Assembly: GCA_028534125.1 (NCBI GenBank)
Contig: CM052818.1
Location: forward strand, 17,796,001 to 17,860,000
DNA length: 64,000 nt
Reading direction: 5' to 3'
Origin: Lama glama
Lineage: Eukaryota
Positions 51,150 through 64,000 of the stretch are shown here, piece by piece. The translations under genes were made by a program, and so were the position numbers. The notes below the pieces were generated by a model that made no database searches, had not been told where the DNA came from, and saw only the letters and a list, made by a program, of their open reading frames with translations. The stretch's first letter is position 1. Every line of letters starts with the position of its first letter.

Positions 51150-52780
51150 TTCTTTAGTACTTGTTTCTGTTCCACATCAGTCTCAGTAACATGTGCCTCA
51201 GCCCTCTGGCATTTATTTTTTGAGTACATGAGACTTTGAAATCACGTCATGAGTTGTTTTTTTCTGGCGTGGTCCTCTCTCCTGTCCTTAGTTGTGTGGG
51301 AAAAACAAATCGGGGCAAAGAGGGAGATTCATCGTGTGAAGTACATAATGCCATAGGGTAAGGGGTTTTTATTAACATGGTACTACCATTTCTATTTCTA
51401 TCTTATAATTTATTAAATAGCAAGTTTTAAAATGAAGGCTTTTATGAGTTAGAATGATTTTTGAAGAAGTGTGTTACTTGACAATGGGCCATTTTATAAA
51501 TGAGTCTTTCCTGAGACTGAAAACAGAAGACATATGACAAGGTGCATCTTTGGAATTTGGAAATTAAATGATAGAATGCCATTAAAAATAATTTAAAGTT
51601 TAGAGAAATCTAACATTGAGAAGATGTAATATTCAGAGTAATTAATATTCTTGATCTGACAGGTCAGTCAGAGTAGAACGCCCCCAAATTAAGTAGGGAA
51701 CTGTATTTTGGATGAAGAGTGACAGCCTGATACCTAGCATGTTGGCAGCTGGTGGGAGGACAGAGGGGTCCGGGAGGAGTGCTTGGTAGCACACCTCAGA
51801 GCCTTTGAGCCTGGCTAAGCGGGGCCTTGCTCACTCTGCCTAACAGCTGGCCTCATTAATCCACGGCCAGCGGCACATCCCTCCTCTTGCAGCCCAGGCT
51901 GGGTCTGACAGTTGGATCCAGATTCACTCTACTTTACTGATAGCCAGTTCTCTGGAGCATGTTGGCCTAACACATACTGAGCCCTTCTTAGATTTCTGAG
52001 ACAAAGAAGTAACCTTGGCTATACAGTGGTACCAGAGATGTGACTTTGAGAACCAAGTCAATCCTGAGTTACTGATTCATTGAGTGTTCTGTGATTTTTG
52101 AATTAATAGCACCACCTAAGGAAAAATTAACATTAAGTTAACCATTATCAAACGTGTTCCTGTCTTGCAGAAATATTACTGTTAACAATGATTGTCATCT
52201 TCTCCTAGGCACAGGAAATCAGGAACATACATGCATAAGTCCCCAAAGAAAGATTTAAAACTCTTCGCTAACAAACCAGTTAATGGATGCATAACTCACA
52301 AACGGGAAAGAAAGGAAGGCTTTTGCACCCCGTCTCCATAGTGTCACTTAAAAAAAAAATCACTGTTCTTTTCTACCTTTGTGTATTTCTTGTTATTTGA
52401 GGTTAAGAAGTCACCCAGCTAAGAATCAAATCAATACCTGCCTTATAAGACAACTTAACCTTGAGTACTGCTAATGCTTCTACAAGCTTCCTTTAAGCTA
52501 GTTAAAACTGGCAGGTAGTCAGGAAAATTAGTACAAGCTCCCTCTCAATGAGACAGGAAGAAAGTAAACAAACGTAAAGAAATCAGATGAATGTTGTCAC
52601 ACTAATGCTTGGAGATCTACAGTTAAAGCGATTTAAAGCTTTTTACTTGCTGATCGCAAGTTACCTTTCCATGTGAGTTTCATCTTACAGCATGCGTCCA
52701 AGGCCCTCTGTAAAGCAGCATACTAGGTCACCCAGTTGTGTGAAGCTTTAAATATACAATGTTCTTGCTGTTCCCTGTGC
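51150..52780 (-). pseudogene. Decayed LRR segment
   Basis: KLTWKGNL/KSFKSL, TNFPDYLPVLTSLKE, LITLNITSSQ, F*NLLFNKL. Confidence 0.55.
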
Positions 52781-52947
52781 CCTGAAGGTCTCCCAGCCCT
52801 CCCCCTTCCTGCCTGGTGAGAACCGGTTGAATCTTTGCTAATACTCCCTTGAATCAGCTGCTTTGTGGACTTCGCCTTTGTTCTCTCCTGTTTCCGCCCT
52901 TGTTCTTTAATCAGATCTGAGTAGCATTTACCTCTTTACAATTAGGG

Positions 52948-53125
52948 TTATTGTATTTCTCACATCTAAGATGCCATTGATGAGAATGTGTCCCACTACT
53001 TTATAAACAAAGAAAAAGAAAAGGCTCACATTAAACTGTGGGGCCATCAGTTTTATGAAGCATCTCACCTTCAGAAGTGGTAGAGTACAAATAAAAGATG
53101 TGTTTTAGAATGAGTGAAATGTGGT
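52948..53125. mobile_element. MER104-like Tc2/mariner MITE
   Basis: Degenerate inverted ends tattgtatttctcacatctaagatg / gttttagaatgagtgaaatgtggta. Confidence 0.55.
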
Positions 53126-53279
53126 AGTTGGTGCGGGACTGCCTTCCTCGCTAAGGTGCTGAATTATGAGCTCCATGACAACAGGGGCACGTGACTCAGT
53201 ATTGTGCTTCTAATGTCAAGGGAACTGTTCGATACATAACAGATTCTTCAGTAAATTCTTGTTAAGTGTGCCCCCAAAA

Positions 53280-55240
53280 TTTAGATGCAAAATGAAACTG
53301 CATCATTAACAACACTTAGCCTAGACTCTGTTCTATGATCACAACTTGATACCGTGCAGGCTACAAGTAAGTGATAGAGAATCATAAGAGCTACATGTTC
53401 TTGCAAAACTTCATGACTTTCATCCAGAGCTAGTTGTATTTGCAGGATGACTAGGTATTTATATATGTACTTTAATTTTAATAGGCACGGAAAGGCCCTG
53501 CTCCTAAATCAGCCATTTGTTGCATGAGAGTACCACCTGTAGGCACTCCTTTCCTTGTAACAAATGTACAGCTTCCTGAGGGGACAGCTAATTAAGCTTT
53601 ATCAGGCAGCGTCATTTTGTGATTTAGTTCACTAGGTCCCTCTTCAACAGCAACAAACAATGACCAATTTAAAAATAGTTCTGATAAAATAGTCTTTCGA
53701 GTTTATTTTTTGCATTGACCAAGAAAGGCAGATTTGGAAAGGAGGTTTTAGACCTAAGGACTACAGGAGGACACGGGGGTCTGCCGCCCAAGGTGCAGAA
53801 GTAGGGGTCCAGGAACGAAAGATGTCCATCGCTTGGTGAAAAGCTGTGCTCGGCTGGAATGCTGCCTTTCTGGGAAATGATACTGTGGCTTCTATTCTGT
53901 TCCATAGGCATTTCTTTATTTCTGCTAATTGCTTCTGTTCTACGTTCCGGCCGTTTACACTTCTTTATCTTATTTCAATTTGCGTTGCTCTGTGATCATT
54001 TAGACCTTTTCTTTTCCATGCCTCTCCCCCTCTCCTCTCTGTATCACCATTCCTCAAGCTTCTGTGTGATTTCTTTTCCTTCATATGACTTTTCTAGATG
54101 AAGAGCTTTATTTGCAAATGAAGTACATGTCGATCCCAGAATGCACGTATTCCTGGAATGTTTCGGCTTTTTCTCAGCCTGAGCCCTGGTACTGTTTTCC
54201 CCTGGGTCACCTTGAGCTCCGCTGGCTCTAGTTTAAGTGATGCAGAGCACAACCTCTCCAGTCAGATTAGGTCCCCTACAAAATGTGTATTTTTTCCCTT
54301 GTTATTCCACACATCTGTAGTGTAATTTTTTTCTGTTAGTCTTTAAAGATATGACTGAGTGATTAGACCAAATATGTCCTTCCGTGTCACATAATTGGCT
54401 TGAAATACTGTTTCTGCACCTGTGTGTTTTGTTTCTCCTCTCCATATTTAAAGCACTTAAATAAAAAATTCTGTGTTGTTTACCTCTGGCAGACCCTGTA
54501 TACCAGCCCAAGCCTCTCTACTTAGGGAAAAGAGACCTGGCTGATGCCTCACATGTGGCCAGGGGACCACACCGGTCAGCATCACAAATTATAATGCCTT
54601 GCATTGAATGACCCTTTGAACTTTTCCTAAATGCTTTTACTTACGTGTTTCACTTTCACCTCTTTCTGACTTAGTTGAAGCTTACGACATTCCTAGTGCC
54701 TTTTTAGTCATTTATTTTTGTCTTTTCTAGCAGTCATTTCATTTCCGAATAGCATTCATATAGTTTTTATCACTATAATTCTGCATAATCAAACCAGCAA
54801 TTTTGAGAAAATTTTTTTTAAAATTCTGAACTAGATTTCTTTCAAAACATACCCCATTACTCCACCTCTAAAACTTCTATTTAATCTTTGGAAGCTGAAT
54901 TACTGCCAACGTGTCTTTCAGAGTTATCCACAGTAATTTTATAATCATAGTTCTCCCAATGTGTTCACTAGGTAAACACTCTGACTTCTCTCCTTTGATT
55001 CTTCTGACAAGGCACCACCAGCCTTTGGATAATTATTAAGTTTCTTTCTCTGCTGTCTTCCCCTCAGAGACTGCTTCTGTTCACCGCTCCTCACCCTCAA
55101 GTCTGACAGTTCTCTCCTACGATTTTTGGGAATCAGCAGCTCTCAATCCAGTAATATCGGGAAGCCTTTCAAACGTTCCTTCATTTCTTTCTTTATCAGT
55201 TCCCTTCATTTTCTCCCTTACTCAGAGATTAATAATTCCT
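53280..55240 (-). pseudogene. Decayed tandem LRR modules
   Basis: NEGTFERLPDITGL, MLFGNE, HRCRNSISSQLCD...ISLKTNR, SFPNLPFLVNAKNKLERL (ORF 53669..53911), PLRKLYICY, LQVVLSCNK, CLLKLKYIY, TCSLHGIKL*. Confidence 0.75.
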
Positions 55241-55244
55241 TCTC

Positions 55245-56310
55245 TGTGGTAGGTAGAGTTTAGCACGCACCCCCAAGACACCCACCTGTGCGATCTTCTC
55301 CTCCTCAGTGTGGTAGACCTGTGACCATGCTAGGATAGCATTCAGTGCTATGGTTAGGTGATAGGGCAAAAGGGATTTTGTAGGTGTAATTAAGATCTAA
55401 TCAAAAGGGATCAGCTGGGTGTGTTACCCCAAAAGGGGAAGGCCTTGGTTCTTGTCTTGCCTGAAAGAGAAAGATCAGATGGGAGACCAAAGTGTTGTGT
55501 ACTTAAAGATTTTATTAGGAAAGTGAATATGCACCTCCAAGAGTGGAAGCCGGGCTGATCCAAGAGAGGATGGCAGCCCTGGTCTGTCTCTGTCCCTTCT
55601 GTCTGGCACCCTCGCTTAGAGGCAGTCTCTTGGTTGACTGACAGCTCTTGGCCCTGGAGTGCTTAGTCATGCCCATCCCCTTTTGCTCATGTCCTTACCC
55701 ATGATGCACACAGCGAAACCCAATGAGGGGGCCTAAACTGCAATGCTATGAGCACTGGGTCATGTCTGGTTAGGTCCTTGTTGCTACTGCATAGTCTCGG
55801 CCGTCTGGTCCCAACCAGTTTCTTGCTGGCCTTCCTTTAGAGGAAGTAAAAGCCCTTATGCTTAAAGCAGGCATATCGCCATCTTCTGGTCCGTCCTCCC
55901 TCTCTTCCACCTTATCTGCCCCCACTTACCTAACTAACAGGTACAGCTGACCCAATCAGGTAAGCCCTTAAAAGAAATAGAGTGCCGGCAGTCTCCTGCT
56001 GACCTTTAAGACACAAACTGCCATGCCGTGGAGAGAGCCACAGGGCAGGAAACTCTGGGAAGCCTCTAGAAGATGAAAGTGACCCCCAGCTGACAGCCAA
56101 CAAAAAAGATCAAATCTCAGTTCTACAGGTGCAAGGAACTGAGTTTTCTTAACAACCACTTGAACTAAGGAAAGGGCTCTGAGCTCCAGATGCGAACCCA
56201 GTCTGGCTCACACCCTGACTTCAGCCGTGTGAGACCCTGGGCACAAACCGAGCTATGTCGTGACGGGACAGGCTAAATTAGTGCTCACTAGTTATACAAC
56301 AATAGAAATT
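55245..56310 (+). mobile_element. MLT1D-like MaLR LTR split by an ERV1 LTR
   Basis: tgtggtaggtagagt...gggattttgtaggtgtaattaag...gacccccagctgacagccaac...caatagaaa. Confidence 0.85.
55422..55939 (-). mobile_element. ERV1-class solo LTR nested in MLT1D
   Basis: tgttacc...ctaaca ends with a near-matching 4-bp TSD (ggtg/ggta); tttatt near 55511. Confidence 0.8.
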
Positions 56311-56339
56311 AAAAAAAAAACCAAAAAACCCAAAAGTAT

Positions 56340-58400
56340 GTTCTTTCACTCTTCTTTTGCTGATCATCTCTTCTTGCAACAATAATTCCCACTTGTCTAC
56401 CTACAATTTCTTAGGGCCAAAATGCCTCAAATCCTACCAATAAGTGACCTCTCCCTTGGGTTTGTTTACATTTCTCCACTCTGAGCCTTACTCTATGACT
56501 TGACTTAGTCTGTTCCTTTTCCCCTCCAGGAATGTTTTTGTTTGCTTGTTTGTTTTTTGCAATTTCCATAGTAACAGACAATCTGTATTTATTTGCTTCC
56601 TCATAAGTAACACTCCTTTGGCCCGCTGCTTATTAGTAATCAGACTTGAATTCAACAGCATGGCTGCTGTAATGACATAATTTCTGATGCTCCCCCGAAA
56701 TGGTCATTAATTTATTTACTGACTTTTTCATTCAACGGTTAGAATGTCAACCTAAGACAGAATTTGGTTTTAGAAACCTCATGTTAGAGTGGAGACAAGG
56801 TGGTTGTAGAATCAAACAAAATATTAAAAAGAACTTAAAAGTGATGTAGGTTTAAGCCATTACTATTTGGAATAAGTTATAAATATACACACACATAAGG
56901 AGCAAACAGTTTAAGGCATTTATAGAACAAACAGAAAATTAGTTTAAGAGAAGAATTGAGGAGAATATGAATCATTGTATATTTTATTCCCACCATGTCA
57001 ACTGGTGTTTTGCTTTTCTTTGAAGCAGTCATTCACTGCCATGTTTTAAGCACCTATTACACGTAGAGCAATGTATCAGGTATTCAGGAGCTGGTGGTAA
57101 AGGAGGACCAGGACCGAAGGGACACAACCTTGCCCTCTAAAAACGTACACTCTGTTTTCTGCATAATGACTACATTGCCTGTCCTCTTGTGTGATTCTCT
57201 AGAATGCCTGGCCTTATTCAGACAGACACATATTTTATATGCGTACAATAGTCCAGGCATTGACCGTGAACAGAGAACTGGTATGGTAGCTGCGTGTCAT
57301 TGTGCATTTTCTGTCAACAACACTATTTGACCTGCAGCATCCTTTGTGGGCAGAGGGTGTGTAGATTATCATAGCCCTAGGATATGCAGTTAAGCGTGAA
57401 GTTAGCAGAATGGATGTCACTAAATTGGGGTAAGAAACACTGCAGCCTGAGGAGAAAACAAATACATTTCATATGAAGTGTGTGAGTTTCCCATGGAAAT
57501 AAGAAAAGAGAGTTCCTAAGATAACTTATTTTTCTTGTCTATTTCCGCCCTGTAGGAAAATGGTAATGGGAAGTATTTTAATAACACTGTGGGTTTTAAC
57601 AAAGGCAGTGCTATTTTTGAATGATAATTTTTTAGAGTCATAAACGTTATCAACATCTGGCATCATCCTGAAATCAGTCTGACCATGACGTTTAAATGTC
57701 TTTGAGCACAGGGTAGGCAGCAAGAAGGCAGTAGAGCAAGATACAGATGATTGTGTCCCACAGTGTAAGCTGACTCACGTGACATCTGTGAGAACATGGG
57801 AAATCACTAGACAAGAAAAGGTCATTCTGTGCAGCACAGGTATCCTAGGTAACAGTTTTTATCTGAATCCTCATTCCTTAATTGTTTCATGTTGCTAATT
57901 CCTTCTTCTCCTTCCAACCTAGTATGTTACCAGCAAAGCTGCTGCAAGAACAGTTTCTTCAAAGCAATCCTAAAATCTGAAAATAAATTTCAGGTATTGC
58001 TATTATAAAAATCTATGATAAATGTTTAAAAAGTACTATTTTACGAATCATTAGATAGAACCAAGTCTTAGGATCAAAAACATTTTTACGACCTCCTGAA
58101 ACTGGATGTAGTTAGGATCTGCCCCCATTGAAATTTCAGGCACCGTTAGACTCTGCAGAGCTGTCCTTCTTCTAGAGTAGATGTTGGTCTGTTTACCCAG
58201 TGAAGCTGGTTATTAACTTCTCACGAGTAAACAGACAAAAAAGTCTTCACAGAGATGGCAGTCAAAATGGGAGCTGAAAAACCCCAACCCTGTTAAAATA
58301 GTTGCAGCCTAAAAAAAGCAGAACATTAAATGGAATAACTTCATAGATAAAAGCTAACGATTGAACTGGGAAGGACTCTACTTATCAGTTTTGATCTATA
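56340..58400 (-). pseudogene. Decayed LRR segment
   Basis: NNQLHWV, ALKKLFLQ, GQTDFRMMPDVDNVY...IFLQGGNR (ORF 57526..57723), ILLTSRLTAYPRAM, NDCFKEKQNTS*HGGNKI, SVNKLMTI. Confidence 0.7.
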
Positions 58401-58639
58401 GAGACTCACTTTTTAGTGTGTATGTTCTCTTATCTTGTTTGATTTGGTATTGAAAGAGATGTTTGATTTCATGTCTTTAAAATATTCTCATGCTTAATCA
58501 TATGTATACACATACACGCCCACATTCATGTAATCACATTAAATACATCCAAATCTCTGGTTATACACTCCTCAAGAAATTGCATCCTTCTCCCCATTTA
58601 ACCTACATATAATTGAATGCTTTTAAAATGTGTTTCTCT

Positions 58640-59200
58640 AGACCACAATTTTTGTTGAATCTTCATACTTGACTATCTTGCATCCTATTAAATATTTGCA
58701 GCTAAGTGCCCCACAAGTATCTGAAAACACTAAGTTCAAAAGCAAGCTCATGGCACCTTCAAGCCTCTCTGTCTTCTGGTGTCTTGTATTCAGTGAATGG
58801 TATCATCAGCAAGCATGTTTCTCAGGATAGAAACTTAAGAGGGTCTTAGAAATATTCACTATCAAAACTTCCATGCCTGTCAATCACCAGAATTCTGACA
58901 ATTTTCCCTCTGAATTCTTCTCAGATATGTCCTCTCTTCATCATTATTCTGAATTCCTTAATTTCAAGCTTTCTTCATGTTTTGACAGACTATTTCCTAG
59001 ATTTCTTGGAACCCGTCCTCCTTTTTGGCCAGGTTTTATTTAGATACTCTCTATAGCATGCTCTCATTAAGAGAAAAATCTTGAAAGTAAAAAAATTAAT
59101 GGATTTTCAGTATCTACACAATAAAATTTAGACTCATTAGGATGGCATATATAATCTTCTCTTCATAATTTCTCCATAATTCCATGTTCAAATTCAGCTC
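58640..59200 (+). mobile_element. L2 fragment
   Basis: tcagtgaatggtatcatc...gaaactta; caatcaccagaattctg; ataaaatttagactcattaggatggcat. Confidence 0.7.
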
Positions 59201-59259
59201 CCAGCAGTCCCTCTTGTAGAATGTTGTAAGGAACCATGAATAAGGAACCACAGCCAATA

Positions 59260-61720
59260 AGCAACACCAAAAGCTAGAAAGGACAAACTAAAAATAATTA
59301 GCAAAACAGTAGGTGTAAATTCAACTATATAAAAAATGCATTATATAAAAATGAAATACTCCAATTATAAAACAAAGAATGTGAGTCTGGATGAAAATGT
59401 AAGACTTGATTATAAGTCATTTGTAAGACACATATTAAATATAAAGATGCACAGCATTTCAAAGGAATGGTTGGAAAAAGGTCAGACAGTCAGCAGAAGA
59501 ATTAGCATAGTATGGCCAGACTAATATATGTCAATAATAGTATCTCCATACTAATACTAGGTAAAGTAGATCTCAACAGTGTTTCTTAAAGGGTGACATT
59601 TCGTGATAAAGAGGCACTCAGGAAAACAATCTTAAATGTTCATGCAAATAATAAGTGAGCTCCAAAATACATGAAAACAGGCAAAACTACAGAGAAAAAA
59701 AGACAGCTTAACAGTGGTTTTTGCACATATTAATGCCCTTCTACTAAGAATAATTAGAAAATTTGACCAAAAATAGGTAAGACGGTAGATGATACAGTTG
59801 ACATTTGCAGACAACTTCAACAAAAATATGAGTGCAATTTTTTTTGAGTCCATGGACTATTTTCCAAGATCATATGCTTGATCATGAACAAATCTCAATA
59901 TATTTCCAAAGACTGAAATCTTACAGAATATGTTTTCTGACCATGATATAATTAAATAGATATCAATTACAGTCACTAGAAAGGAGCTAAATGTTTGAAA
60001 ATTAAACAATACAGCTTTGAATAATCCAAAGAATTCTCAAGGGAAGCTTTAAAATCTTTAAAACTCAGAAAATAGACTCACCATGTGATCTAGCAGTCCC
60101 ACTCCTGGGTATACATCCGGAGAAAAATAAAATTCAAGAAGACCCTACACCCCAGGGTTCATAGCAGCACTATTTACAACAGCCAAGACATGGAAACAAC
60201 CCACATGTCCATCAATAGATGACTGGATAAAGAAGATGTGGTATATATATACAATGGAACACTATTCAGCCATATTAAAAAATAAAATAATGCCGTTTAT
60301 AGCAATATGGATGGTCCTGAAGATTGTCATTCTAAGGGATGTGGGCTAGAAAGAGAAAGAAAAATACCATATGACATCATTTATATGAGGAATCTAAAAA
60401 ATAATAACAATAATAATGACACAAATGAACTAATTACTATTTTGATTTCTTGAATTTGTGTAAGCATATTTGACTGTCCTTTATGATTGGATTACCACAT
60501 TCTGTTGATTCTTATTTTGTAGTTGGCTTTATGCCATTGATAACTATGTAAGTTTAAAAAAAAAAGCTAAAGATCTAATATGTTCTTAGAAACAATAATT
60601 AGTACATATATGTAAACAAGAAAATGCAGTATACAGTATATATGTACTTACATGCAATATAATGTGTATGTGCAGTCAAACTGCAATAATTCTACCTAAT
60701 AAAACTGAAAAAGAAGGAAAAATAAGTTAAAAAAAATCTTTAAAATTCAGTAACAAAATAAGTAACATATCCAAATGTGTGGGGGTGCTGCTAAAGAAGC
60801 AATCTGAGGGCAATTTAGAGATTTCAATGCCTATAGGATGAAAGAAGAAAGAAAAGTTCACAATTTGAGTTTCCACCATAAAAAGTGTTTTGGTGTGCTC
60901 TGGCTACCATAACAAAATACCATAGACTAGATATTTTAAAGGACAGAAATTTTATTTTATTAGAGTTCTAGAGGCAAGTGCAAGATCATGGTGCCTGCAT
61001 GGTCATTTGTCATAAGAGTTCTTTCCCTGACTCGTAGACAGCCGCCTTCTCTCTGTTTCCTCGTAGGGCTGGAGGAGAGAGCAAACCTTCTGTGTCTCTT
61101 CTTTTACACACACCAGTCTCATCTTGAAGGCTCCACCCTCATTAATTTAACTAAACCTAGTTATCTCCCAAAGTCCTCTATCCCCAAATACCATAACATC
61201 AGAGAATAAGGATCCACATATGAATTTAGAAGGACACAATTCAGTTCATAGCGAGACTACAGGAAACAAAAGAACAAGTTATACTTAATATAATTGAATA
61301 AAAAAGTGGTAAAGACAAAAGCAAAAATTAATAAAACACATAATGGAGAAAATTAGCAAAACTAAAAGTTGATTTTTGAAAAAAACATCAACAGTGTTCA
61401 ACAAAGACTTACTAAGAAAGGAGAGAGAAAAATAACTTAACCAATATCAAGAATAAAAGAATATATCATTACTTATCCAACAGACATTAAAGGGATAATA
61501 AATACTGAGAAAATATTTCTGTTAAATAATTCATAACTTTTGTAAAATAGCCAATTTCCTTGAAAAACACAACTTATCAAAACTGGATGAATAAGAAATG
61601 GAAAAGTCTGTATAAAACCATGTACATTAATATAATTAAATTCACAATTCAGAGATTTCCTCAAAGTAACAATCAGTTCCAAATGGTTTCATTGAATTTT
61701 CTTAACCATTTAGAGTTAAT
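59260..61720 (+). mobile_element. Old L1M ORF2 with nested younger L1 3' piece (~60060-60435) and MLT1A (~60886-61252, minus)
   Basis: Degenerate endonuclease region (ttacagaatatgttttctgaccat); ccatgtgatctagcagtcccactcctgggtat; ggctaccataacaaaataccatagact...gacacaattcagttcatagc. Confidence 0.85.
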
Positions 61721-61759
61721 ACCAAACTGATAAGAAAGGTTAATTTTTTTCCCCACCAA

Positions 61760-63560
61760 GCAATGCATTGTCTCTCTTTGCTTTAGCATGCTTTTAAATT
61801 ATTTCTTAAAAGCAGTTCATTGTCTTTTGGGGAATAAAAAGTTAAATTTCTAATAATCATACTACCTAATGTAGGGCCTTTTAAAATGTTGCCTGTGACT
61901 TTCCCAAATTCAGTTCCCAGATACAAAACAATAAAACTGCTGAGAAGTCCTTTACAGTTAACCTAACTTAAAGGTTCGTGGATAGCCAGGGGAAAACATA
62001 TGTTTATCCTCTCATCTTAGTAAAGGCTATCAGGTATAATAAGGTTCATATTACCATTTATTTGATTTAATTAATTCAAAACTTATTGTAAAAAGAAAAG
62101 CACCATTTCCATTATCAATCTTAGGATACAGGAAAAAAACTGATAAATGAGAAGTTGAGAAAATACTTTAAGTGTCAGCTACATCAACAAAACTATTTAT
62201 TCTCTAGATTTAAATAATCTTGTCAATTGATGACATCCATAGTTTACTACATAGGATAAATGAAATGCTATTCATAATATATTATTTCTCCCAGGTTAAT
62301 CACTGATGACATATTTGTAAATTATTATGTGTTATACCTCAGTAGGGAATTCAGCCCTCCTCCATTCTGATAAAACTAGTTAGCATAAGAAATTGAGAGC
62401 CACTCAGTCTTACCTCTAAAGGTGTGGACGACCTTTCCTTAGCACTATGTAGTCAGCCTCTACATTATCTTAGGCTGAGAGAATGTGTATTTTGGAAACA
62501 CTATCAGAAAAAGACTAAACCTGAATCTTCTTGGAGAGGAGTTCACAAAGTATTCTTAACTGTTATTATACAAGTGAAGTTCCAGAAGATTGATCAGATA
62601 TTTCCCAGCTAAATCAACATTGTCTACTCTACAATGACAAAAAATGAAAAAGAAGAAAAAAAACACCAAAATTATATTTGTTGGAGATAATCTATAGGGA
62701 ATGTCCAAAAGAAGATATTCCAAAGAAAAAAGATATTCCAAGCTATTCCTGGCTGTAGACTGCCAGGCCCAGAGTCATGATTGCATGAGGTAGACCACGG
62801 AGGGAGGCTCCTGACCCCCAATACCAGGGTCACTGATTGTCATATGACCCTTTGTGTGGTTTGCTTTTGGCCTTTACTTTTAAAAAATGCTCCTATCATT
62901 CAGTCATGTACTCCCCAAACCCTTAGGCTTGATAATCATCAGACAGCCTACCAATTCCTCAAATACTGGCAAAATTGAATAATACAAGTCCAAATTAAAA
63001 TGACAAAGCCACTGGTTATCCAAGGAAGATCTTAGCATGTATCTGTGTTTTAGTTACAGTACTTGATATCCGGAATCTTAACTGTTGTTGTGTGACTACC
63101 ATAAACTAGATAATTCAAAAATATGATCATTCAACAGTAAGAACAGGAAGGTCCAGCAATTATAGAAGCCAAGACAATTACTTTAATCCTTAATGTACAG
63201 TCATGAAACATCAGTAAAGACCTAGATTGATCTTGTCTGCTTAAAGTAATAGTCTATCCTCCAACTTAAGCTGCAGCGTAACCATAAGTGGGTAGGGAGT
63301 TGGCCTGGGACTGAAAAATACAATCAAAACTACAACTTGCAACATGTATTTCTGGCTTGCAAAAAAGATCAACTGTATCAAGCCATAATGTGCAACAGAA
63401 GGTATCTGAGCTCAAGTTTCTTTAAAACCAGCTTTTCAGAACCAGTATATTACAGAAAGACCAGAGTGGCACTAACTCTCCATATTAGAGTCTCATGTTT
63501 CATATTTCAAAGTTTACAAGTTTTAAAGAGAAGGTAACTTTCAGAAATGTGCATAGTTTA
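61760..63560 (-). pseudogene. Decayed LRR modules with two LRRCT-like caps
   Basis: LDNQWLCHFNL (63023->62991), LFSLEYLLLD and LINLLELHLYNNS (ORF 62556..62741), SKIHILSLDN, YLNLENK, IKSNKW* (~62060). Confidence 0.8.
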
Positions 63561-64000
63561 CAAATATTGACCAACCCCCACCCAATACTGTGCTTACTGG
63601 TTTCAACCTGAAACCAGCCTTGACTAATCCCCAGTCCCCTAATGCTGTAAGTACCCTGAATACTTCTTCCCTTTTAAGACCCCACTCAGACCCTGTAAAG
63701 GTGGTGGTCTCCCTTGTTTGGTAAATTTACTGAACTCAGCACTGTATGATCAAAACAAAGAAATCCATTTTCTGAAGATTAGTTAAATGTATACCCTCAT
63801 TACAGCTTGATTGGTACTCTGATCTCCATGCTTAATTAAAGAGATGGGGCAGAAAGCCCAAATACATATATAAAATACATATATGTATATGTATATAGTT
63901 TAAATGCCTACTGTCACACAAATGAATTGTTACTAGTTTTGTTCGAAAAAATTCTCAGTCCCTGAACGTCCATAAAAATGCTACAGTTTAATCATTCATA

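Noticed and set aside
51420..51900. Plus-strand LRR-like words (INILDLTG, RNLTLRRCNIQ)
   Set aside because: The minus-strand reading is more continuous and matches the flanking segments.
62760..63750. Possible LTR fragments at ~62760-62930 and ~63570-63750
   Set aside because: LTR-like wording, but I could not define termini or family confidently enough to list them.
1..64000. CRISPR array, rRNA/tRNA, prokaryotic operon, intact host-gene exon, or an active VLR-like rearranging cassette system
   Set aside because: No repeat-spacer structure, RNA gene or recognisable intact exon is present. The LRR modules are riddled with stops and ancient insertions and do not look near-identical to one another, so nothing supports current function as cassettes.

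Overview
AT-rich mammalian genomic DNA, probably cetartiodactyl and possibly camelid: the young L1 3' ends are of that type and I saw no Alu, B1, Bov-A or PRE SINEs. I found no intact protein-coding exon, RNA gene or CRISPR array, so the window looks intronic or intergenic. Roughly half of it is transposon debris (L1, L2, MIR, MaLR/ERV LTRs, hAT and Tc2 MITEs). The main observation is that almost all of the non-repeat DNA between those transposons translates, with many stops and frameshifts, into extracellular leucine-rich repeats (LxxLxLxxNxL) with repeated LRRNT and LRRCT cysteine caps. I count about 20 LRRCT-like caps by eye. They fall into three same-strand blocks: minus ~8.7k->1.5k, plus 9,076->~44k (starting with a signal-peptide/LRRNT ORF), and minus >63.5k->46k. 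The frames appear intronless and are interrupted by MIR, L2 and old L1 copies, which points to a very ancient fossil array of LRR genes or modules that died before the placental radiation. All protein calls come from manual translation and motif recognition, not from HMM or BLAST searches. Boundaries are approximate.
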